Source: Paraspadella gotoi (taxonomy: Eukaryota > Animalia > Chaetognatha). Taken from it: a DNA stretch of 64,000 bases. The notes beneath the pieces were generated by a model. That model did not search any database. It was not told the origin of the DNA and saw only the letters and a program-made list of their open reading frames with translations. Of the stretch, positions 1 through 9,862 are shown one piece after another. Numbering within the stretch: the stretch's first letter is position 1; every line of letters begins with the position of its first letter. A program made the translations under genes and the position numbers. The DNA lies in NCBI GenBank assembly GCA_051294375.1, contig CM119264.1, positions 12,854,813-12,918,812 on the forward strand. Reading direction: 5' to 3'.

Positions 1-264
<264 letters not shown>

Positions 265-265
265 C

Positions 266-1286
266 CTTAGAGATGCTCTCGGTGCCGTCGGGCTCGGCCT
301 GCTCCTCTCTGCCCTTCATCTTCCACTTGGAGTTGCCCATGTAGCAGATGGCGATGGTGCCCTGGTTTGAAGGGAGAGAATGAGTATTGATATAAGAATA
401 GAGATAGATATAGATAGATAGAGAGAGAGAGCGGGAGAGAGGAAGCGGGAGAGAGAGGAGAAGAGAAGAAAGAGTGTTTTTTGAAGAGACCATCCTTAGT
501 CCTCCTGCGTGAAACCCAAGATGTCGAGGCTTCGTCCGTCGCTTGCATCTCAGCCTTGTCGTCCATCCTGTCGACGGTCAAGACTCCCTGGATAGGAAAT
601 AGTTGAAGTAGTTTCACTATATCCTATCAAATTAGTCACATTAGATCTAAAAATAAACCTGGTTGATGAAGAAATAGTCTCCGGGGTGAGGCTTGTCTCC
701 AACAGACACAAGGAATGGTACTTGGGATAAGCGTCGGTCATGATCTGGTAGAAGATGTGGTAGTTCCTCTCGATCTCCAGCTGGAAGGTGATGCGAGACT
801 TCTCCAGCAGGTAAGTCTCGATATCGGCGGCGGCGATCTTCGACGTCGGGCCAAAGTGGATACGGATAGAACTTACCCTGTTGGGGGGGAATGAATTTAT
901 GTCGGGGGGGGGGGCGGTTGTAGACGAAAGAAGAACTCCTCATTGACATCAAACAACAACAACTAACATCAACAACAACTTACGAATCTGGAAGAGTTGT
1001 TGTTCCTGACGGTCTTGGCGTTTCCGTAAGACTCCAGAGGAGGGTTGGCCTGGAACAATCTGGTCCTCGAGAGATCCCATCTTGCCCGAGGTGTCTGCCT
1101 TGGACTTGGCGGCCTTGAAGGGTATAGGGGGAAATGTAAAATTAGAGAGAGAGAGGAGAGGAGAAGAGAGAGAGAAGAGAAGGAGAGAGAGAAAGAGAGA
1201 GAGAGAGAGAGATAGAGAGAGAGAAGAGAGAGACTTTCTTTTGGATCGGCGCAGTTCAAGGCGTAGTATTGCAAGACTTTCTTTTT

Positions 1287-1361
<75 letters not shown>

Positions 1362-1796
1362 GAGAGACAGAGGAGAGGGAGGAGGAGAGAGCAGAACTTA
1401 CTTTTGGATCGGCGCAGTTCAAGGCGTAGTAATTGCAAGACTTTCTTTGAGAGAAGAGAGAGAGAGCAAGGAGAGAGAGAGAGAGAGTGACGCGTTGGAT
1501 GTAAGAGGAAGAAGGAGAGACAGAAAAAGAGACAGAGGCTTAACGTCCGGAGGTGATGCCTGGAGAGAGAGGGAGGGAGAGAGGGAGGAGACGAGAGACT
1601 TACTTTTGGATCGGCGCAGTTCAAGGCGTAGTATTGCAAGACTTTCTTTGAGAGAGAGAGAGAGGGGAGAAGACAGAAGAAAGAGAGAGAGAGAGAGAGA
1701 CTTACTTTTGGATTCGGCGCAGTTCAAGGTGTAGTATTGCAAAGACTTTCTTTGAGAGAGGAGAGGAGAGGNNNNNNNNNNNNNNNNNNNNNNNNN

Positions 1797-1832
<36 letters not shown>

Positions 1833-2314
1833 GAAAGAGTGTTACCTTGAAGAGACCATCCTTGTCCTCCTGCGTGAAACCCAAGATGTCGAAGGCTTCG
1901 TCCGTCGCTTGCATCTCAGCCTTGTCGTCCATCTTGTCGACCGTCAAGACTCCCTGGATAGTGAAATAGTTGAAGTAGTTTCACTATATCCTATCAAATT
2001 AGTCACATTAGATCTAAAAATAAACCTGGTTGATGAAGAAATAGTCTCCGGGGTGAGGCTTGTCTCCCAACAGACACAAGGAATGGTACTTGGGATAAGC
2101 GTCGGTCATGATCTGGTAGAAGATGTGGTAGTTCCTCATCGAATCTCCAGCTGGAAGGTGATGCGAGACTTCTTCCAGCAGGTAAGTCTCGATATCGGCG
2201 GCGGCGATCTTCGACGTCGGCAAAGTGGATACGGATGAACTTACCCTGTTGGGGGGGAATGAATTTAATGTCGGGGGGGGGGGCGGTTGTAGACGAAAGA
2301 AGAACTCCTCATTG

Positions 2315-2349
<35 letters not shown>

Positions 2350-2492
2350 TTACGAATCTGGAAGAGTTGTTGTTCCTGACGGTCTTGGCGTTTCCGTAAG
2401 ACTCCAGAGGAGGGTTGGCCTGGACAATCTGGTCCTCGAGAGATCCCATCTTGCCCGAGGTGTCCTGAAGGGTATAGGGGGAAATGTAAAAT

Positions 2493-2538
<46 letters not shown>

Positions 2539-2634
2539 AGAGAAAGAGAGAGAGAGAGAGAGATAAGAGAGAGAGAAGAGAGAGGACTTTCTTTGGATCG
2601 GCGCAGTTCAAGGCGTAGTATTGGCAAGACTTTC

Positions 2635-2689
<55 letters not shown>

Positions 2690-2699
2690 GAGAGACAGA

Positions 2700-2744
<45 letters not shown>

Positions 2745-2793
2745 TTGGATCGGCGCGAGTTCAAGGCGTAGTATTGCAAGACTTTCTTTGAAG

Positions 2794-2841
<48 letters not shown>

Positions 2842-2913
2842 AAGAGGAGAGAGAAGAGAGAGACTTACATTTTGGATCGGCGCAGTTCAAGGCGTAGTAT
2901 TGCAAGACTTTTC

Positions 2914-2948
<35 letters not shown>

Positions 2949-3036
2949 AGAAAGAGAGAGAGAGAGAGAGAGAGAGACCTTACTTTTGGATCGGCGCCAG
3001 TTCAAGGTGTAGTATTGCAAGACTTTCTTTGAGAGA

Positions 3037-3067
<31 letters not shown>

Positions 3068-3223
3068 GAGAAGAGAGAGAGACTTACTTTTGGATCGGCG
3101 CAGTTCAAGGCGTAGTATTGCAAGACTTTCTTTGAGAGAGAAGAGAGAGAGAGATGAGAGAGAGAGAGAGACTTACTTTTTGGAATCGGCGCAGTTCAAG
3201 CGCGTAGTATTGCAAAGACTTTC

Positions 3224-3277
<54 letters not shown>

Positions 3278-3354
3278 CAGAAAGAGAGAAGAGAGAGAGA
3301 GAGAGACTACTTTTGGATCGGCGGCAGTTCAAGGCGTAGTATTGCAAGACTTTC

Positions 3355-3421
<67 letters not shown>

Positions 3422-4535
3422 CTTACTTTTGGATCGGCGCAGTTCAAGGCGTAGTATATGCAGTTCAAGGCGTAGTATTGCAAGACTTTCTTTGTGTTCT
3501 CCGTCTTTCCGGCTCCCGACTCTCCGGTGATAAGGGATGATTGATTCTTTCCCTCTGAAAAAAAATTAACAATTGAAATTTGTTGTTTATTACTGAACTT
3601 AAGATTAATAATAGAGAAGAAAACAAAAGGCACACAATTTTTGACTCACCCATCTCCAGCAGCTGCAGAGCTCCGTCGGCGACGGCGTAGAGATGCGGCG
3701 GCGCCTCGTTTCTCCTCCTGTTCCTGTAATGAGCTCTCATGATGTCGGTGTACACCATGAGCCACTTGTAGGGGTTGATACAGATACAGAAGAGACCGGA
3801 GTAGGTGTAGATCTGCAGCTCCTTGTAACGAGTCCTCAAGTTGTGCAGGACACAGGCTCTGAGGAAAAGAAAAAGGGGTAAGTTAGGACGATATCGTCGG
3901 GGACGACTCGTTCCACAATGTGGAATCAACATACTTGTTCAAGACGGACAAGTTGGACATGTCCTCTTCCTTCTCGAATTTGGGAGGGTTGCATTCCAGA
4001 ACCTCCGCCTTTGGCAGTTCGAGAGTCTGTGGAAAGAAAGTGGAAACGGATTCAGAGGAAGCATAGAAGAGAGAGAGAGAGAACCCAGAGAATGAGAGAC
4101 GAGAGAGAAGAGGAGGACCGAGAGAGAGAGAGACGAGACGAGACGATGAGAGAGAGAGGATGAGAGAGAGAGAGAGTCAATAAATTGTACTTACGTTGCC
4201 ATTTTGTGTTTGGACGGTCATTTTGTCGGTGCCATGGCCTGCGGTGACTTCAGCCCTGACGTAGACAAGATCCGGATCGGCGACCCAACAGTCTTTCTGT
4301 TCCGGAAGAAACAAAAATAAATAGATTAAATAAATAAAAAAAAATTAATAACTTGATAACAAAATATCAAATATCAAATATCATTTTCTGAGATTATACA
4401 TGCACGTCCTGACCAAATTGTTTTCACCTTAGGGTCGAAGGGGGCGGACCTCTCAGCCATGAGCATTTCGGCGGGCGACTGCAGCCAGATCCAGTCCGGA
4501 TGTTTGGGGGACAACTTCTCTACTTTCTGAGCCAT
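266..4535 (-). CDS. Mhc: Myosin II heavy chain (muscle type), N-terminal SH3-like and motor-domain exons; the gene continues beyond position 1
   Basis: GT-AG exons: 4535-4428 ([24 protein letters not shown]), 4296-4195 (KDCWVADP..), 4026-3935 ([18 protein letters not shown]), 3858-3650 ([31 protein letters not shown]), 3554-~3460 ([25 protein letters not shown]-loop). Further exons give [27 protein letters not shown] (switch I), [34 protein letters not shown] and [13 protein letters not shown]. Scattered indels look like sequencing errors. Confidence 0.95.
1232..3495 (-). repeat. About 12 tandem copies of a ~55-nt myosin exon fragment ([14 protein letters not shown] + GTAAGT donor) separated by (GA)n tracts
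   Basis: Unit acttacttttggatcggcgcagttcaaggcgtagtattgcaagactttctttg recurs near 1232, 1396, 1597, 1699, 2586, 2738, 2862, 2977, 3082, 3171, 3305 and 3421. Confidence 0.9.
1845..2495 (-). repeat. Second copy of the myosin exon block also present at ~480-1145
   Basis: Near-identical exons and introns on the two sides of the N-gap at 1772-1796. Confidence 0.9.
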
Positions 4536-4828
4536 CTTGGAGTGCTGAAAATACAGGATGGATTCCGGTTAGTTTTATAAACTTTTTCGTGCGGTTTAGT
4601 GAGTTATATCAAAGTGGTCTTTTTATACCATTAATACACTTATTATATTTTTTACTTTTTTTACTTGTTTTACTTAATTAGACTTTAAAATTTTTTTTAA
4701 ATATAGGAACATCAAGATAAAAATTTGATACCGTCTAAAATTAAAACACGAAATACACAACAAACAAAAAAAAAATTATCAAAGGCAAGTAACTGTTTGC
4801 GACAGAAGCGAAAAATACTAAAAACTCA

Positions 4829-4978
4829 CCTTTGTTTTTTAATCACTTTTATAAAAATGACGCCTGTGACCCTCGCCCCTTCGAAAATTAAAAAGTGGAC
4901 GGACGGTTTTCTCGGTCCGATCCACGTTCTCAATGCTGCTGGTGGTGGAGGGACCCCGTCGAGGGACTCTTTTATACC
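4829..4978 (-). promoter_or_regulatory. Putative myosin TATA box and non-coding first exon
   Basis: Minus-strand GGTATAAAAG at ~4969-4978, a GTGAGT donor at ~4829, and a TTTCAG acceptor just upstream of the ATG at 4535. Confidence 0.45.
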
Positions 4979-6831
4979 CGGGGGGGGGAGGAACGGGGGA
5001 GGAAGGAAGGAGGAAGAGGAAGAGGAGGGACAGGTGAATTAAATTTCGGACGAGGCAGGTGAAAATGAGGAAGATGGGGAAGAGGAGAACGGAGGAGGAT
5101 TGTGAGAAGGAGACTGAGGAGGAGAACGATGAGAAAGAGTTGGAGGAAGAAGAGAAAAATGAATTGGAGATGATCACACTTTCGCTGATTAGGGAATTGA
5201 AATTATTTAATATTAAAAAGTATTTCATTATGAAACATCAGTAAGATAAGCTTTATTATTTTTTTTTACAATATTTCGGTGTGAACTTGAGATCAAACTT
5301 TAATGCAAAAAATAAGTAGTATTTTAATAAATTACTTTCTAACAAGAATGATATCTAATATCTAATTAGAAAACTAGGGCAGAAAGTAACTTTTCACCGT
5401 GTGTTTCGTATATTGCTCCCTCTATTGTCAGAAGACAACACTAACATCTCTCTCCCGATTACAATGTAAAGGAACATAAAGGACAAATATAAGAAAGAAT
5501 ATAAATCTAATATATAGTGAAAGATATTAAACTTTTATATTCATTTTAAAATTTTATTCAATTTAGACTACTATACTATACTACTATAGTAAAACAAGTA
5601 ATCTTGGACTTTTGCATTTGTATAACCAACATTTACTAAGTTTTTCCGACGTTTCACTGAGCGTGCCGCCGAAACCGCCCGTCAACTTAAAAATTTGATC
5701 CGCAATGGGTAATCCAAGCTCGTCATCGTCATCTTCATCGTCATCGTTATCGTCATCTTCATCGTCATCGTTGGGTCAGAGTCAGCGTCGTCGTCGAGGA
5801 CGCCGAGTCGACTTCGGATCGGAGACCGGAGGTGGTTGTCGATCGTTTTCGATCCGACGAAGGGGTTGAGGAGATTGTGAGAGGGGTCAGGGTGAGTGAG
5901 GGGGAGAGGGCGGATTTGAGACGCGGGAGAAAGTCGAGCTGATCCTCAAATGCTGTTGAATCTGTGAGGGAGAGAGAGAGAGGGAGAGAGATAAGTGTGA
6001 GGCGGGTTTGGATCGATCGTCGCATGCGAGTGAAAGTGTAGAGCATTAGCGGGTTTGGCTACCGACAATCCGAAAACCAATATTTGGGAGACGATCTCCA
6101 TTTGAATCGTCAATCTAAAGAACAATAAAAAGTAATTAGAACGTAAAATATTTATAATTTTACATTCTCCGGTACTAAAAATTATAATTAATTTGATCAA
6201 TTTAACAAAAGTGGAAAAATATGAAAAGTATAATTAAAAATTAATGAATTAGGTGGGTGGGGGGTGAGAGTTTAAGTAAAAATCGCAGAGATCGAGGGAT
6301 TGATCGATCGAGTGGCCACTGCCCATGTCGTTGTCTTCGTCGTTGTCGTCGTCGTCGTCGTCACTTTTCGACATTTTTTCGTCGTTTTCATAGTTAGTTA
6401 AAATGGAGAGAGATTCAACACACCCTATCGCCCATGTTTTAACTCAAATCAACCTGAAAATCAGTAAAATATAAATTCAGGGAAAAGGCTTCTTCTCTCT
6501 CATGTAACATTTAGTCTAGAATCGACGGGCTACTTAAGTATCTGCCAATGAGCTTAAAAGTTTAATAGTTCAATTGTTTTTTTTAAATGTTAGAATGTAG
6601 GCTCAGACTGCTACTTAGGAAAAAGAATAAAAGACTGGACTTTCAAATCAGATACTAATTCACATTTTTTGGGTCTCATATTCGTAATTTCGACGCCCAT
6701 GGAATTAGTAGACAAAATCCGCGCCCAACAAATTCTTGAGATGCTTTCTGCGTTTTGACGCCAAACGTTATTTTTCCTCCCTAATTTTTGTTCCTAAATG
6801 TTTCGTATATTTTCCCTTTTTCGATTGGATC

Positions 6832-6892
6832 TTTCTTTCTTTCTTTCTTTTCTTTCTTTCTTTTCTTTCTTTACTTTTTCTTTCTTTCTTTC

Positions 6893-6928
<36 letters not shown>

Positions 6929-7030
6929 TATTTTTTTCTTTTTTCTTTTTTTTTTTCTTTTCTTTTCTTTCTTTCTTTCTTTATAACCATTTATATTCTT
7001 TCTTCTTTATTTTCTTTATTTTTTTTTCTG
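6832..7030. repeat. (TTTC)n low-complexity tract
   Basis: Direct tandem pattern. Confidence 0.9.
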
Positions 7031-8068
7031 TCTCTCGCGTCACAGGATCAGGTGAAAAACTCAACGCCTTCTCGACCGTAGATTCTTTTAGATATAACAA
7101 CGACAAAGACAAAGAATAAGTAAAAGAAGACAACAACTAAAAAACTATAGAAGAAGAAAAAGACGACGACAACGACGAAGATAAAGAAGAAAGATAAAAG
7201 ATGAAAGATAAACGTAAGATTAAGAAATACAAAAAAGGCTGGATGAAGATATCGAGCGTCATATTTTTTAAAAAGATAATTTACCCTAGGGATTTATCAG
7301 AAATAAAATATATATTATAAAATATAACAACCTAGATGGAGAAAAGAAAGGAAGGAAAGTAAAAAGAGAGAGAAAAATCAGTTTGGGGAGATCGATTTTT
7401 TTGCGGTGAACCGAAGCGACGAGTGACTTCGGGCGCCGCCCTCGACAAATCTCTCGACTTTTAGAGAAAAAACAAACGAAACAAGAGAAAACAAAAGAAA
7501 AGGACAAATGAAAATTAGGCAAAGGAAAATTCGCGGTCAGTTCAACCACAGTTGTTGTCTCGCGTCTAGTCAGATCCTTTGTTTGCGTTTAGTTTGTTTT
7601 TTAGTTTTTTTTTTTATTCCCTGAGAAAGAATTTGACTGTTTTGAAATGATAGCCTTCCAGCAAGGGATTAAATACATCATTCAATTATGGTTTATCTAC
7701 TTAAAACTATCAACTATATCAACTACAACTATTTGAACAACACAGAAATAATTTTATGATTGAGTCAGCGTTGTTGTTGTTGTTTTGGTTTCAGGTCAAA
7801 GAAAAAAATGTATGTTCAGCGAACATTGTTCTCTAATGTTCTGTAGAGGAAAAGAAAAATAAATATCAAATGTAAAAGAGCGATAAATGAAAATTCTTCG
7901 GCCGGTTAGAGATCCCAAGAGCAGTGACTCACCTTCTTCAAAATTTCCTCCTTACCCTTTCGGCCTCCCGATTACCCTTTGTTCCTTACCTTTTTCCTTA
8001 CCTTTTTCCACGATCGCCGCCGTAATTTTTTCTTCCCTCATCATTATCTTCCTCTTCTTTCTCTTCCG

Positions 8069-8203
8069 TATAAAAACAGGTGTCGAGGCGCACACCGACT
8101 CAGACACCTGTACTGGAAACTGGAAAGGAAGGTACGCGACACCTGAACGAAAAGCGTCCGGCGCCACCGAGTATTTTATTCCCTTCGGAGTCGAACGCGA
8201 GAT
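8069..8203 (+). promoter_or_regulatory. TATA box and non-coding leader exon of the chitin-binding protein gene
   Basis: TATAAAA at 8069-8075, Inr-like ACTCAGA about 30 nt downstream, an ATG-free exon, and a GTGAGT donor at 8204. Confidence 0.55.
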
Positions 8204-8475
8204 GTGAGTTGCAAGTTGTTTTTTTTTAAAGATAAGAATTAAAATGCCTTTTATAAGATTAAAAAAAAAAGCTCACCGAAATCGAATTTCTAAATTCAAT
8301 TTTATTTTTTTTGTCTTTTTCTTTTTTGGAGTTATTTTTTTTTTTTGATAATTATTACAAACAATAAAAAGATATCTTATACGTCTTCTCAAGTATCGCA
8401 ACTAATTTAACGACAAACAATTTAAAATAGTTTTTATTTCCAATTATTTCAATGTTCATTTTTAAGAGAAAAGAG

Positions 8476-8636
8476 ATGAGCCCTTCAATTCCTAGCCGCG
8501 GTGTCTCTGTTGACGAGATGCCTCAAAACGGCCTTTGCTCAATTCGGAAACATGGGACCCATGGGCTTGCCCGGAGCCCCTATGGGCTACCAGGGCTTGC
8601 CTTTTGGTGGGCCCGTATCTAGTCTGGGACCGCCAG
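8476..8636 (+). CDS. Alternative signal-peptide exon 1a of the Gly/Met-rich chitin-binding protein
   Basis: Reads (M)ALQFLAAVSLLTRCLKTAFA-QFGNMGPMGLPGAPMGYQGLPFGG.. after removing one base just after the ATG (probable indel error). Upstream TTTTTAAG acceptor; phase-1 donor G|GTGG. Confidence 0.6.
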
Positions 8637-8848
8637 GTGGAAATGCAAACCTCTGGAAAATTTTTATATGATTAGTAATACATGTAGTTTTTTTAATACT
8701 GAAGTTCATGACACATAATGACAATTCCCAAACCTTAACGACAAAAAAAAGTCTAAACAAGTTGGTCAAATAAAAACTTTTTTTCAATTAGCTAAAGTAT
8801 GCCTAAATATAAAATTACTTCATATTTTTTTCCGTCCCTCTAAGAACG

Positions 8849-9050
8849 ATGATCAGTATCTTAGCAAAGATCTTTCTGTTGGCTCTCTGCCGATTCCGTC
8901 TGACGAGATCGCAATTCGGAGGTCAGCCTGGGCTGGGCCTGGGCGTGCCGGGCCTCACCGGGGGCATGACCCCTTTGGGCACTCATGGGTACCCGGCCGG
9001 CGGCGGCATATCATTTGGCGGCCCTATGGGTGGCGTCGCTCCCTCTTTAG
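8849..9050 (+). CDS. Alternative signal-peptide exon 1b
   Basis: MISILAKIFLLALCRFRLTRS-QFGGQPGLGLGVPGLTGGM..; pyrimidine tract + AAG acceptor 4 nt before the ATG; 202 nt, giving a phase-1 donor. Confidence 0.7.
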
Positions 9051-9266
9051 GTGGTTTTCCTTGGATTTGCTTCATTATGTGTTATGTTCATAGTTAGTTG
9101 CTGTAAGTAGATAGTCATTAGATTGTTTATTCCAGTGCTTAGTTTTTATAATCAAAAGTAAAAAAAAAATAATTTTTTTTTATATTTCTAACTCATTTTT
9201 TAAGGTTAATCTTAAATGAAAAAACATGTACATACACAATATACATTTTCAGCCACGTTGGGAAAA

Positions 9267-9405
9267 ATGAAAGGAATATTTTTCCTTGTCCTTTGCCTTC
9301 TGGCCGTCACCGGTCGGGCGCAAATGCCAATGATGGGAGGCATGCCGGGCATGATGGGCGGTGGTATGCCCGGCATAATGGGCGGTATGCCGGGCATGAT
9401 GGGAG
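9267..9405 (+). CDS. Alternative signal-peptide exon 1c
   Basis: MKGIFFLVLCLLAVTGRA-QMPMMGGMPGMMGGG..; TTTTCAG acceptor; 139 nt, giving a phase-1 GTAAGT donor. Confidence 0.8.
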
Positions 9406-9862
9406 GTAAGTTGATGGTGCAGCCAAGTGGTTCGAATGGGACAAGAGATATCAATATATAAACAATTTCTTCATTTTAAAGTATAAAGTATTTTTAATTA
9501 AACAAATCCTGATTGATTTCTGCTGTTGCAGATATTTTTTGTTATAAGCATGTGAATGACCACTAGCAAATGTATTTGTCGAAAAGTAACAAGGTTTGCA
9601 GCTTTAACCACTTTTCTTGTTATTATTAGTTTACTTTAGGTCGTGTGTTCTATTCATGTATATTTCACGGCACAAAAAAAAATTGTACCCGACATAAATT
9701 ACATAATATAACATAAATAAATTCATTGCACTGTCAATTATTATTGCATGTAAAACGCGCGCGCCAAAAACCTGATAAATTAAAATCATAAACCTTACTC
9801 ATGAACTCACTGACTCACCCGCTCGCTTTCCCCAATATCGACCCATTTGTACTCGTGATCAG

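Noticed and set aside
949-3359. Many RE-rich and SL-rich ORFs, here and throughout the window
   Set aside because: They are (GA)n/(TC)n microsatellite translations.
1232-3495. Repeat-spacer pattern resembling a CRISPR array
   Set aside because: The repeat is a myosin exon fragment, the spacers are (GA)n of variable length, there are no cas genes, and the context is eukaryotic.
5600-7960. Possible minus-strand gene with acidic (D/E) stretches and splice-like signals
   Set aside because: No consistent reading frame or recognisable domain could be built; the acidic runs may be trinucleotide repeats.
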